This document shows, piece after piece, positions 52,397 through 61,519 of a DNA stretch of 64,000 nt (positions are counted from its first letter, which is position 1; the number at the start of each line of letters is the position of its first letter). Position numbers and translations under genes: made by a program. The notes beneath the pieces were generated by a model. It saw nothing but the letters and a program-made list of their open reading frames with translations. It was not told the origin of the DNA and did not search any database. The stretch is taken from sequence record ON529852.1, one strand, 5' to 3'.

Positions 52397-53700
52397 CCCG
52401 CCAACCCGACTTCCGGCAGGCGCGGGCGCAGGTAGGGGACCAGAATGGCCGGCATGTCGACGCCGCCGTCGTCGGTCTGGTGGTTCTCGAACAGCGCCGC
52501 CAGGGTGCGGCCGACCGCCAGGCCGGAGCCGTTCAGGCTGTGCAGGTAGCCCAGCTTGCCATCCGCCTGACGATAGCGACCCTTCATCCGCCGGGTCTGA
52601 AAGTCGCCGCACCAGGAGATCGAAGCGATCTCGACATAGCGTTGCTGGCTGGGCATCCAGACTTCCAGGTCGATGGTCTTGCGGGCGGCGAAGCCCATGT
52701 CGCCGGCCGCCAGCAGCACCTTGCGATAGGGCAGTTCTAGGTATTGCAGGACCGCCTCGGCGCAGGCGACCTTGCGATCGAACTCGGCCTCGGCCTGTTC
52801 GGGCTCGACCAGGGAGACCAATTCCACCTTCATGAACTGATGTTGGCGGATCAGGCCGGTGGTGTCGCGGCCGGCGGCGCCGGCTTCGGCGCGGAAACAG
52901 GGCGTCAGGGCGGTGAACCGCAGCGGCAGGGCCTCGCGCTCGGTGGTCTGTTCGCGCGCCAGGTTGGTCAGCGGCACCTCGCCGGTGGGGATCAGCAGGT
53001 TGCCGTCCGTCAACTGGAAAAGGTCGTCCTTGAACTTCGGCCACTGCCCGGTGGCGTACATGACGTTGGGCTTGACGATGAACGGGACCGACTTTTCGAC
53101 GTAGCCGTGCCGGTGCACATGCAGGTCGAGCATGAACTGGCCCAGGGCGCGCTCGACGCTGGCGAAGGCGCCTGACAGGACGGCGTAGCGCGATCCGCTC
53201 AGCCAACCGGCGACGGCGCTGTCGTAGCTGTTCCCGGCCAGGGTGACATGGTCCTTGGGCTCGACATAGGCGCGGCGCTTGCCCCATTCGCTGATGACGA
53301 TGTTGTTCGCTTCGCCGCCCTCGGGGATGTCCTCGGCAGGCAGGTTCGGCAATAGGTCGACCAGGCCTTCGCGGGTCTTGTAAAGGGAGTCTTCCTGCTT
53401 CGCCAACCGCTCCAGGCGCGGTTTGATTTCGGCCATGCGGGCGCGCAGGGTCTCTTCCTCGGACGGCGGCGCATCGCCTTCCCGCGCCGCCACGGGCCGA
53501 ACGTCCTGGCGGAGTTCACCGATCCGGGTCGAGATGGCGTTGCGCTCGGTCTGAAGCGCCTGGAGTTCAGTGCGGGTCGCCTGGAGGTCGCGATGCGCCG
53601 CGCGGGCGTCGTCGACGATGGTCTTCACCGCTCCGCCGCGTTTGGCGATCGCCGCGACGACGGCGTCGGGTTCATTGTCGATCAGGTGAAAATCAAGCAT
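52393..53700 (-). CDS. serS: seryl-tRNA synthetase
   Basis: N-terminal coiled coil, LPNLP...PEG, LIPTGEVPL, CFRAEAG...GLIRQHQFMKVEL, IDLEVWMP, EIASIS, HSLNGSGLAVGRTLAALFENHQ. Confidence 0.97.
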   Translation of the reverse strand: MLDFHLIDNEPDAVVAAIAKRGGAVKTIVDDARAAHRDLQATRTELQALQTERNAISTRIGELRQDVRPVAAREGDAPPSEEETLRARMAEIKPRLERLAKQEDSLYKTREGLVDLLPNLPAEDIPEGGEANNIVISEWGKRRAYVEPKDHVTLAGNSYDSAVAGWLSGSRYAVLSGAFASVERALGQFMLDLHVHRHGYVEKSVPFIVKPNVMYATGQWPKFKDDLFQLTDGNLLIPTGEVPLTNLAREQTTEREALPLRFTALTPCFRAEAGAAGRDTTGLIRQHQFMKVELVSLVEPEQAEAEFDRKVACAEAVLQYLELPYRKVLLAAGDMGFAARKTIDLEVWMPSQQRYVEIASISWCGDFQTRRMKGRYRQADGKLGYLHSLNGSGLAVGRTLAALFENHQTDDGGVDMPAILVPYLRPRLPEVGLAG

Positions 53701-54259
53701 CGTCGTTCTCGTCGTCGGGTGCGAAGGTCGGCTCGATCTTCACGATCTCGCCCAGGGCGTCCAGCAGATAGGCCTGCTGTCCGATGGCGGGCGCCGTCTT
53801 GGCGAAGGCCTGCGCCTCTTCGAGGGTGTTGAACACGGCGCGCGTGAGGCGCCAGCCCCAGAAAATTTCATCCAGTGACGGCGGGCTGCGATCAGAGCAC
53901 CGCAACCGGTAGGGCGTGTGGAGGTGCGCCTTCATCAAGCCCCATTGACCGGTCTCCTGATCCTGCACCACACGCCACGGCACGGGAGGCCCCTGCTCGC
54001 GCAGCGTCGCCTCCCGCTGATCCGAAGCGGCCTCGTATTCGTCCCAGCGGCGTTCGTCGATCTTGCGTCGCTCCTGGTCACGACGGCGGCTTTCCGACCT
54101 TCGCAGGTCTTGCTCGTCGGCGGCTTCGCGGCGCTCGGCCTCGACCTGGGCGTCATGGGCGGCCCAGGCGTCCCGTTTGTGGTTGCGCCAGACGATTACG
54201 CCAAGCAGCACGAAGATGGCGGCGACGCCGCCGGCGATCACCAGCAGTTGGTCCTGCAT
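53693..54259 (-). CDS. membrane-anchored protein with charged helix
   Basis: N-terminal TM LLVIAGGVAAIFVLLGVIVW. Confidence 0.7.
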   Translation of the reverse strand: MQDQLLVIAGGVAAIFVLLGVIVWRNHKRDAWAAHDAQVEAERREAADEQDLRRSESRRRDQERRKIDERRWDEYEAASDQREATLREQGPPVPWRVVQDQETGQWGLMKAHLHTPYRLRCSDRSPPSLDEIFWGWRLTRAVFNTLEEAQAFAKTAPAIGQQAYLLDALGEIVKIEPTFAPDDENDDA

Positions 54260-54804
54260 CAGGTCTTCCCCTTGATTCGCGCCACAGCGGCGTCATGCCG
54301 GGCCTGCATGTCGGCGAGCGCGGCGGGCGTGGTGAGTTTGCGGAAGACCCGCGCGTGGTGGCGTTCGTCAGGCAGGGCCGAGGTCAGGAAGCCCTTGATG
54401 TCGGCCGGCGTGCCCTCGTGATCAAGCAGGACCTGGAAGCGCTCGGCCGCCAGGTGTTCGCCCATGTAGAAGACGGCCGCGCAGGTCTCCAGACTGACCA
54501 CGCCCTTGTCCATGTCCTCCCAGTAGGTGCTCTCGGGCGGCGTCTCGGCGATGGGCCAGGCCCCGCGTCCGATCAGGATCGTCTCCAGCAGGGCGGCGTG
54601 CCGTAGTTCGTCGTCGCCGGTCTTCATGAAGATGTTCATGACGCCGAGGTTGCCGCCGCTCCAGCGTTTGGCGGCCTGGTAGTTGTCCTCAAAACCGCCG
54701 TGTTCGGTCGCCCACAGCTTCTGAAGCCAGCGGACCATGCGGGCGTCATCGGCCAGCAGCTTGTCCCACCATTGGCGGGTGAAGGCGTAATCTTCCGGGG
54801 TCAT
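54259..54804 (-). CDS. ferritin-like di-iron protein
   Basis: TEH, DDELRH, GEH and DERHH give two ExxH-type ligand sets on a four-helix pattern. Confidence 0.75.
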   Translation of the reverse strand: MTPEDYAFTRQWWDKLLADDARMVRWLQKLWATEHGGFEDNYQAAKRWSGGNLGVMNIFMKTGDDELRHAALLETILIGRGAWPIAETPPESTYWEDMDKGVVSLETCAAVFYMGEHLAAERFQVLLDHEGTPADIKGFLTSALPDERHHARVFRKLTTPAALADMQARHDAAVARIKGKT

Positions 54805-55403
54805 GCGATGACGCGCGTCGGCAGCAGGTCGATCGACGGGGCGCCGAGTGGGCGACCCGTGGCGTTGTAGCCCCAGGCGGTATCCCTTGGATGGAGGCAG
54901 ACCCCCAGCCAGCGCTCCGCATCGGGCGCCGTCGGGAAGCTGTGGCGCGTTTCGATCCGCGTATAGTGGGACGTGTATTGAGGGGTCTCCGCCGGCGGCG
55001 CTCCCGTATAGAAGGAGTGGTGCTTGCCGTGCTGGTCATAGGCGTATTCATACGGACGGAAGGCGCGATCGCCGTGGACCTCCCGTTTGAAGACGTAGTA
55101 GTTGGGATAGTCCGCACCGGTCGCCATGCGAATGATGTAGGCGGGGTCGGTGGTTTCGGCCTCAAAGGCGTTGCGCGCCGCTTCCACACGCTTGTCGTAG
55201 GCCTCCCACAGGGGCTCGACTTCCTCATGCCGCGCACGCAGGCGCTCAAACTTCAGGCGCGCAGCCTCGTCGCTGGCGGCCTCCGCCGCCTTCTTGGCCT
55301 GAGCCTCGATCCAGGCCCGATGGAACTTGCCGCTATGGTAACCGGCATAGAAGACGCCGAGGCTGACCAGGAGGCCCAGGAAAAGAGAAAGGTAGAAGTT
55401 CAC
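54801..55403 (-). CDS. membrane-anchored protein with coiled coil
   Basis: GTG start (MNFYLSLFLGLLVSLGVFYAG) downstream of class II promoter. Confidence 0.65.
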   Translation of the reverse strand: MNFYLSLFLGLLVSLGVFYAGYHSGKFHRAWIEAQAKKAAEAASDEAARLKFERLRARHEEVEPLWEAYDKRVEAARNAFEAETTDPAYIIRMATGADYPNYYVFKREVHGDRAFRPYEYAYDQHGKHHSFYTGAPPAETPQYTSHYTRIETRHSFPTAPDAERWLGVCLHPRDTAWGYNATGRPLGAPSIDLLPTRVIA

Positions 55404-55431
55404 GGAAGCCCCGATGTCAGTTTTCGCGACA

Positions 55432-55458
55432 CTAGCTGTCGCGATCACTGGCTGTCAA
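55432..55458 (-). promoter_or_regulatory. sigma70-like promoter (class II, 18-nt spacer)
   Basis: TTGACA-18nt-TAGTGT (GCTAG, as in the Caulobacter housekeeping -10). Confidence 0.5.
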
Positions 55459-56093
55459 CGCTCGGTGTCAGGAAAATCTTTCCGCAGGATCGCCTCCAGG
55501 ATGGGCTTGAGGTCCTCGACGTCGCGGGCCTCGGCGAGTTGCGCGCGCAACTCCCGCCCGCGCAGAATGGCCCTGGCCTGATTGTAGGAGACGCCCAGCT
55601 TGGCGCTGAGCGCCTTCACCTCGGGCAGGGCGACGCGCGACCGACCGATCGGGGTGACGTCCTCAGCGGGATAGTCCGCCGACCCGCCGCCCTGGAACAC
55701 CACCATGCGCCGCCCCAGGGTTTCGGCGACAAAGACGCCCTTGCCCCAGTCGTCACGCTCGCGGATGTAGATGCGCACCTTGGCTCCAGGCGTCAGGCCG
55801 TCCTCGGTCTCGGTCTTGATCTCGTGCGGGTAGGGATCAGCGTTTTCCAGCCGTTCGATCTGGTGCGCCGGCCAGTTGGCGATCCAGGGTCCAGCCTTAT
55901 GCGCCACCAGGGGCGCGCACAGGAAGGCCGGCCCTTCGGGCGCGCCCGGATAGCGCGCCACGACCCAGCCGCGCGCGTGTTCATACCCGTCGGAGAGGAC
56001 CACCCGCGCCGCCTCGCCGACAAGGGGCGCACGGCCCTGGGGGGACCACACGGGGCGACGGCTGGGTTCGTTGCGGGATTTCGAGCGGAACAT
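55455..56093 (-). CDS. hypothetical protein, two SH3-like beta domains possible
   Basis: Start moved to MFRSKS. Confidence 0.65.
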   Translation of the reverse strand: MFRSKSRNEPSRRPVWSPQGRAPLVGEAARVVLSDGYEHARGWVVARYPGAPEGPAFLCAPLVAHKAGPWIANWPAHQIERLENADPYPHEIKTETEDGLTPGAKVRIYIRERDDWGKGVFVAETLGRRMVVFQGGGSADYPAEDVTPIGRSRVALPEVKALSAKLGVSYNQARAILRGRELRAQLAEARDVEDLKPILEAILRKDFPDTER

Positions 56094-56106
56094 GCGTATA
56101 AGTCCC

Positions 56107-56556
56107 CTAGTGCAGGGTGCTGCGCGGAAACGCGTCCAGCGCCTTGATCGCGACGGCCATCGCCTGAGCCACATCAGGCGCGCAGCAGATTTCCACATCT
56201 TCATTGCAGTCGCAGAAAACGATGGCCTCGACCCTGTCTCGGAGATCGCGTTCCACGGTGATGATGTAGCCGTCCTGATCAAGGCCGGGGATGTCGTCGG
56301 AGACGAAGACCACCGTCTCGCTGTCGGGCGCCGGAGCCAGGGGACGCAGGAGCAACGTCTGGACCATGTCGGCGAACAGCAAGGCCACCTCGATCGGCGC
56401 CTGCAAGATGTCGCCTTCGGCGTGGTCGATGATCGCCACCGCGTCGATTCGGCCCGAACCCTCACGCGCCGTCTTGATCTCGAAGCCCTCTTCCAGGCCC
56501 TCGGGGTCTTCATTCGACGCATAAATCGTGGACACAGCGTACTCGGTGAAAATCAT
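56107..56556 (-). CDS. hypothetical acidic protein
   Basis: AAGGAG RBS. Confidence 0.7.
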   Translation of the reverse strand: MIFTEYAVSTIYASNEDPEGLEEGFEIKTAREGSGRIDAVAIIDHAEGDILQAPIEVALLFADMVQTLLLRPLAPAPDSETVVFVSDDIPGLDQDGYIITVERDLRDRVEAIVFCDCNEDVEICCAPDVAQAMAVAIKALDAFPRSTLH

Positions 56557-56588
56557 CCGGTCTCCTTGGCTTGCGTTCGTTGACAGAA

Positions 56589-57149
56589 CTAGCGCTTATG
56601 CTTGCGCGTGTCGGCGCGGTCAAGCGCCTTCTTCCATAGATCGAGCATGCTGCGCTGAATGGAGGCCAGTCCGCGCAGTTCCTGAGGCGTGAGTACGATC
56701 CCGTCCAGAATCCCCGTCTTGCGCATCGACTTGAAGCCGGGCGCGCGCTCGAACTCGGAGGCCGACTTCTCGATCTGATCGATGGCGCTCAGACGTTCGG
56801 AGGCCGCCGCCAAGCCCTCACGCGCCGCATCCTGGAAGGCGTAATAAAGGCCCTCTGGCAGATCGATCCGGCAATAGACCTCACCGACCTCGTCGCCGCC
56901 CGCCTCGTAGAATTGTGGTGTGAACGCCGGTTCCCAACGATCCGCTTCCGTAGGTCGGCGAATCACCTTGAGGCCCTGCGTGCGCAGCAGCGCGACGATG
57001 GCGTCCTCGATCTCCACAGGCGTCGGAGCCGCCTGATCCTGCACGCCGGCGACATCCTGCTCCAGGTGAGACGGGTAGGACAGCATCCACCCCCGATCCT
57101 TCAGATGGCGGCGAAGCGTGTGGATATGCGGCGTCAACGCTTCATCCAT
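56589..57149 (-). CDS. hypothetical protein
   Basis: ORF in chain; GGAGGT RBS. Confidence 0.7.
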   Translation of the reverse strand: MDEALTPHIHTLRRHLKDRGWMLSYPSHLEQDVAGVQDQAAPTPVEIEDAIVALLRTQGLKVIRRPTEADRWEPAFTPQFYEAGGDEVGEVYCRIDLPEGLYYAFQDAAREGLAAASERLSAIDQIEKSASEFERAPGFKSMRKTGILDGIVLTPQELRGLASIQRSMLDLWKKALDRADTRKHKR

Positions 57150-57298
57150 CGCGCCACCTCCCAGACCACGAACATCAGCAGGCCGATGAGGCTGCCCTGG
57201 ACCAAGGAACGCGCCAGCCAGCCGATGGTGTTGAGCCCCAGCATCAGGACGATGCCGAGCAGAATGCAGATGACCAGGCCGGTCAGGTGAGTCTTCAA
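57134..57298 (-). CDS. small two-helix membrane protein (not in ORF track)
   Basis: TTG start overlapping stop at 57295; MKTHLTGLVICILLGIVLMLGLNTIGWLARSLVQGSLIGLLMFVVWEVARWMKR. Confidence 0.6.
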   Translation of the reverse strand: MKTHLTGLVICILLGIVLMLGLNTIGWLARSLVQGSLIGLLMFVVWEVARWMKR

Positions 57299-57741
57299 GA
57301 CTTGGGCTCCTTCAGTTCAGTGAGGGACGTCACCAGGGCGGCGACGACCTTGCGGCGCCCCGGCGACAGGGCGGTGAAATCGGCCAGCAGCTTGACGCCG
57401 CCCTGGGCCAGAAGGGCCGAGTGCTCATCCATGAGGGCGGGGTCCGTCGCCGGAAAATTCGACGACGGGTCCTTGTAGAAGTAGTTGGGCGAGACCTGGA
57501 GGGTCTCGGCCAACAGGTGGATCGTGCCCGCCATCAGCCGATTCTCGCCCGATTCGTATTTGGCGATCTGCTGCGGCGTCAGATTCATCTTCAACGCCAG
57601 AGCCTTCTGCGTCAGTCCGATTTCGGTGCGGCGCGTCAGCAGTCGCGTGGCGATGCGCCGGTCCACCTCGGCGGTGATGTAGCGCTCGCCGTTCTTGCGA
57701 CCGGTCGAGACCTTCTTGGGCTTCTGGGGATTGTCAGTCAT
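57295..57741 (-). CDS. XRE-family HTH transcriptional regulator (alphaproteobacterial type)
   Basis: VDRRIATRLLTRRTEIGLTQKALALKMNLTPQQIAKYESGENRL...LAETLQVSPNYFY. Confidence 0.9.
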   Translation of the reverse strand: MTDNPQKPKKVSTGRKNGERYITAEVDRRIATRLLTRRTEIGLTQKALALKMNLTPQQIAKYESGENRLMAGTIHLLAETLQVSPNYFYKDPSSNFPATDPALMDEHSALLAQGGVKLLADFTALSPGRRKVVAALVTSLTELKEPKS

Positions 57742-57749
57742 GGATACTC

Positions 57750-59876
57750 TTACGCAATCAGGGGTTCGTAGCCGCCGTTTTCACGCGTGCGGCGGAAGCA
57801 GTTCAGGTGTTCGGGCGGGCGCGGATGCGGATACAGCTTCTCCAGCGCCTTGCGGCCGGACTTGGACAGGGGCGCCTTGACCCTGAAATCCAGCTTCAGC
57901 CAGGGGTTGCGGACCATCCAGGCGACCGGGTCGATCCGGTTGAGCAGGTGGTTGCCGGCATGGTCCGCCTTGACGTCGTGGTGCTGGAGCACGTCGGGCA
58001 GGTCCTGGACCGCGACGCCGCAGAGCCAGGCGATGTCGGCCGCCGTGTGCGGGGAGAAGATGGCGGTGTAGGTCGCCTTGGCCTCGTTGACCGCGCACAC
58101 CTCGCCGCGCCCGTAATTCTCATAGCTGCCGAGACTGAAACCGGCATGGCGGCTCGCGAGATCGCCGTAGTCCAAATTCTTGGACGGGATGCTGATGTCA
58201 TAGGTCATCAGGAAGCGGGAATAGGTCTGACGGCCCTGCCCCTCTCCAACCCGGTGCTCGGCCCCGTGACCGACGGCGTAGGACGAACATCCTTCGCGAC
58301 TGGACCGGGCGACCCAGACCTCACCCAGGGCGGCGACCTCCAGCAGGCGCGCCCGGTTGGCCGTGACCTTGGCTTGGAACCAGGCGAGGACTTCATCCTT
58401 TCGCCGCTCATACTCGGCGTCCGCCAGCACCTGGACCTGCTTGGCGTAGGTGGCGCGGGCCAGGAATTTGCGGTCGGCGTCGAGTTGTTCGGCCGGGCCG
58501 AAGGCGGTCAGTCGCATGGGCTCGATCGTGGCGACTTTGCGGGCCGCCGCGATGTCATGGCTGAAGAAGGGCTTGAGGGCGCGTTCCTTGTCTTTTTCCG
58601 CGACCTTGACCGCCTGACCGTCGGCGGGGGTGATCTTGTAGACGTCGCCGGCGTGACCCAGCAGGTTCAACGGCGCGTCGCTCAGCGCCGGCGCATAGCG
58701 GCGCTCCAGCCAGGCGTTGTGATCGCCGCCCTTCTTGCCCAACGCCTTCTCATCGTGTGCGGCGTCCGGGCCGATGTCGGCGACCGTCAAGGCCGGCAGG
58801 CCCAGGGTCTTGACGTTGGTCGTCGGCAGGTGGGCCGCCCGCGCCAACAAAGCCATTTCGTTTTCAGGGCGGATCATCTCGCCGGTGTAAGAGAGTTGCG
58901 GCGCCTTGAAGCCCTGCTTCCAGAACTTCTGCACGATCAAGTCGAGCATCATCGTCAACCAGATGGTCTCATGGGCGCCGATCTCGCCGATCTTCTTGGT
59001 CTTGACGCCGTCCTCGTCGTAAACGGCGACGCCGGTCTCCTCGCTCGCGGCGAAGATCAGGCGGCCTTCTTCATCCCAGTCGACGTTGAGCAGTTCGTAG
59101 GGATACCAGTTGCGCGAGATGCGCGCGTCCATCGCCTTGTCGGGCCGGCGCGCCATCTTCGACGCCAGAGGATGGGCGTGCTCGGGCACGTCCGTCAGTA
59201 CGAACAGATTGGCGCCGTTGCGGATCGCGAAGGCGAAGAAGGTGTCGTAGATGAAGGGGTCGCGGATCATCGCCAGGCAGACGCCGGACGGGGTCGCGGT
59301 CATGGCCCCGAGGAAGGAGTTGATGTTCCAGTATTGGCGAATCGATTCGACGTAGACCGGCTTGACCTGCGGGTCTTCGCCCTGACCGTCCAGGAACTGG
59401 TCGACGCGCAGGTTCTGGAGCGAACGCAGGGCGTCGCGGCGCAGGATGGCGACGACGTCTGGCTTGGCGAGCAGGGCCTTGACGTCTTCACGGTCGGCGG
59501 CGCCGTAATGGGCCAGGCCCTCGCGCAGACGTTCAATGAAGGCGTCCCGCGCCTCTACGATCTCGTCACGATCAATGATCGCCAGCAGCTTCTTGGCGGT
59601 GGTGACCTGCGCGCCGATCTTATCGGGATTGTCCAGCAGGTCCTGCATGTTGGTGGTGGCCGACTTCAGCCAGTCCATCACATAGACCTTGAACATCAAG
59701 GTGGCGGTGATCTCGGTCGGATCGAGTTTCAGCGCCTCGCGCAGCCCGTGGTAGGCGTCACGCACGTTCCAGTCGCCGATCGTATGAGCCTTGACCTCGC
59801 CGTCGGCGCCGACCTTGACGCCGGTCAGCTTGCCCCACAGTTCAATGGCGGCCCAGAGCGGGCTTTCCTCGTGCAT
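57750..59876 (-). CDS. large hypothetical protein (708 aa)
   Basis: Longest real ORF; own promoter repeat and GGAGGA RBS; no motif recognised. Confidence 0.85.
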   Translation of the reverse strand: MHEESPLWAAIELWGKLTGVKVGADGEVKAHTIGDWNVRDAYHGLREALKLDPTEITATLMFKVYVMDWLKSATTNMQDLLDNPDKIGAQVTTAKKLLAIIDRDEIVEARDAFIERLREGLAHYGAADREDVKALLAKPDVVAILRRDALRSLQNLRVDQFLDGQGEDPQVKPVYVESIRQYWNINSFLGAMTATPSGVCLAMIRDPFIYDTFFAFAIRNGANLFVLTDVPEHAHPLASKMARRPDKAMDARISRNWYPYELLNVDWDEEGRLIFAASEETGVAVYDEDGVKTKKIGEIGAHETIWLTMMLDLIVQKFWKQGFKAPQLSYTGEMIRPENEMALLARAAHLPTTNVKTLGLPALTVADIGPDAAHDEKALGKKGGDHNAWLERRYAPALSDAPLNLLGHAGDVYKITPADGQAVKVAEKDKERALKPFFSHDIAAARKVATIEPMRLTAFGPAEQLDADRKFLARATYAKQVQVLADAEYERRKDEVLAWFQAKVTANRARLLEVAALGEVWVARSSREGCSSYAVGHGAEHRVGEGQGRQTYSRFLMTYDISIPSKNLDYGDLASRHAGFSLGSYENYGRGEVCAVNEAKATYTAIFSPHTAADIAWLCGVAVQDLPDVLQHHDVKADHAGNHLLNRIDPVAWMVRNPWLKLDFRVKAPLSKSGRKALEKLYPHPRPPEHLNCFRRTRENGGYEPLIA

Positions 59877-59907
59877 GTCAGTCCTCCTTCGTCGTCAACG
59901 GGAGGCT

Positions 59908-59933
59908 GTAAAGGAATGTTCTGCGCATGTCAA
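59908..59933 (-). promoter_or_regulatory. conserved phage promoter repeat (class I)
   Basis: TTGACA-TGCGCAGAAC-ATTCCTTTAC. Confidence 0.8.
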
Positions 59934-60205
59934 CCGGCGATCGCCGCCCGACCTGCGTCAGTGATGACGGCAAAGGCGATCTTGCCGCCTTTGTGGGTCT
60001 TGTAGGGGCTGACCATGGACTCTTCTGTGATCAGGTCTTCCCGGCGCAGACGATTCGACACGCCAGGATTGATCTCCTGCATCGGCATGGCGCCGCGCGA
60101 CAAGGCGCGCAGCACGCCCAGGGCGTGGGCGGACAGCGGATGGGTCTTGGTCCCGTTGTTTGGCGGGATCGTCGTCTGATCCATATGTTCCTCCGCTGCT
60201 GGCAT
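59930..60205 (-). CDS. small winged-helix-like hypothetical protein
   Basis: LSAHALGVLRALSRG...NRLRREDLI...AVITDAGRAAI pattern. Confidence 0.55.
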   Translation of the reverse strand: MPAAEEHMDQTTIPPNNGTKTHPLSAHALGVLRALSRGAMPMQEINPGVSNRLRREDLITEESMVSPYKTHKGGKIAFAVITDAGRAAIAG

Positions 60206-60256
60206 GACGGTTCTTACGGCGCCTGGCGCCAGTCGTCAACGCTCAACGTCTGGCGT

Positions 60257-61075
60257 TCAGGCGTCGTCCAGGGCCGGCTCGCCGGTCATCCGGCGTTGCC
60301 CCACCACCACGATGGCGTTCATCAGCCCCTGGCGCTGGAAGTTGGTCAGGGTCTCGCGTGCGAGGATGTCGTTCAGCGCCTCCAGGGTTTCGTCCTGAAG
60401 GGCCTGGCGCGCCTGCCGCCGCGTTTCGCGGGCTTGTGACGCGGCCTCGGCGGCGGCGCGGTGTTGTGCGTGCTCGGCGTGCAGTTGCGGCCCGGTCTTG
60501 AGCCAGCCCGAGGCCACATAGGCCTCGCAGGCCAGGGCGGCGGCCTCCTTGGAGCGATACCGCAGAACCTCGTTGCCGAGGTAGGCGTAGAGGGATCGGC
60601 TCGCCGTCGCGCCGCTGTCGTCCATGGGCATGGAGGCGTTGCGCACATAGGGGCCGTCGGCCTTGGCCTGGTGGTCGTATCGCTCGATCACCAGCGGATA
60701 GATGCGCCAGAAATGGTCCTGGAACCCGACGTAGGCCACCGCCTCGCCGTCGAACAACACCCTGGAGCCGCCCTGATGACGGAACCCTCCGAGCGCCGCC
60801 TTATCCGCCTCGATCGTCAATTTCGGCGCCGAGGCCGGCCGCGCCTTGATCAAGCGCGCCGCCGTCTTCTTGTTGCAGGTCGGGCAGGTGATGTTGTTCG
60901 CCCGCTCGTCAAAGGCGTGGTCGGTGTCCCACTTGGCGCGGATGCTGTAGCCGCAGACGGCGATCCGCACATCCTCGATCTCCTTACGCCCGGTCGGGGT
61001 ATGGTTGTCGGTGAAGACGGTGAACGGCTCCTGGACCACCCGGTCCAGGGCGTGCGTATGGCGGGCGCGGCCCAT
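60257..61075 (-). CDS. hypothetical protein (C-terminus shared with 42890-43651)
   Basis: CGY...CPTC; ARQALQDETLEALNDIL...LTNFQRQGLMNAI. Confidence 0.7.
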   Translation of the reverse strand: MGRARHTHALDRVVQEPFTVFTDNHTPTGRKEIEDVRIAVCGYSIRAKWDTDHAFDERANNITCPTCNKKTAARLIKARPASAPKLTIEADKAALGGFRHQGGSRVLFDGEAVAYVGFQDHFWRIYPLVIERYDHQAKADGPYVRNASMPMDDSGATASRSLYAYLGNEVLRYRSKEAAALACEAYVASGWLKTGPQLHAEHAQHRAAAEAASQARETRRQARQALQDETLEALNDILARETLTNFQRQGLMNAIVVVGQRRMTGEPALDDA

Positions 61076-61455
61076 CAGGCGGCGGCGTGCGGGATGACGC
61101 CGGCCGCGCGCAGGGCCGCAATGTTGTCGGCGGCCTGGGCGATCACGCGTTCTCGCGCCGGGCCGTCCATGGCCGAGCCGAAGCCCTCGCTGACGGCGAA
61201 GGTCGTACAGTCGGGGTTGGAGTCCTTGATCAGCCCGTAGAGAACGGCTTCGAACTCGCGGTATCCGTCCGAGTTGTCCAGCATCAGCCCAAGCGCCAGG
61301 AGTTCGCCGCGCAGGTGCTGGAAGGTCTCGCCGAAGAAGGCGCTCAACGCCTTGGCGTCTTCGTAGGCGCCCTCGGGGGCGTTCTCGGCGCAGGCCTCCA
61401 GGTTTTCAAGCTGGCTGTTCAGATCGCGGGCGTTGATGCAGGTGCGGATGGTCAT
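61075..61455 (-). CDS. hypothetical protein
   Basis: First gene after promoter repeat 61491. Confidence 0.7.
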   Translation of the reverse strand: MTIRTCINARDLNSQLENLEACAENAPEGAYEDAKALSAFFGETFQHLRGELLALGLMLDNSDGYREFEAVLYGLIKDSNPDCTTFAVSEGFGSAMDGPARERVIAQAADNIAALRAAGVIPHAAA

Positions 61456-61490
61456 GGGCGGGTCCTCTTCGTATGTCGTCAGACAGGGTT

Positions 61491-61516
61491 GTAAAGGAAT
61501 GCTTTGCGCAGTGCAA
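61491..61516 (-). promoter_or_regulatory. conserved phage promoter repeat (class I, -35 TTGCAC)
   Basis: TTGCAC-TGCGCAAAGC-ATTCCTTTAC. Confidence 0.75.
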
Positions 61517-61519
61517 GCC

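Noticed and set aside
51848-53287. 479-aa ORF in the track overlapping serS
   Set aside because: Its first 297 codons are an alternate frame of serS; only the part from GTG 52396 (GcrA-like) is credible.
52393-53700. Window is a bacterial chromosome segment because of serS, coaD and cca
   Set aside because: These genes are isolated among about 130 small orphan ORFs on one strand with phage-type promoter repeats and no bacterial operon context.
57807-60005. Long plus-strand ORFs (57807-60005, 30982-32295, 36034-37245, 26792-27994, 20561-21580, 33813-34826, 39182-40201, 54891-56147 and others)
   Set aside because: They lie antisense to well-supported minus-strand genes, lack RBSs and motifs, and are the shadow frames expected in high-GC3 DNA.
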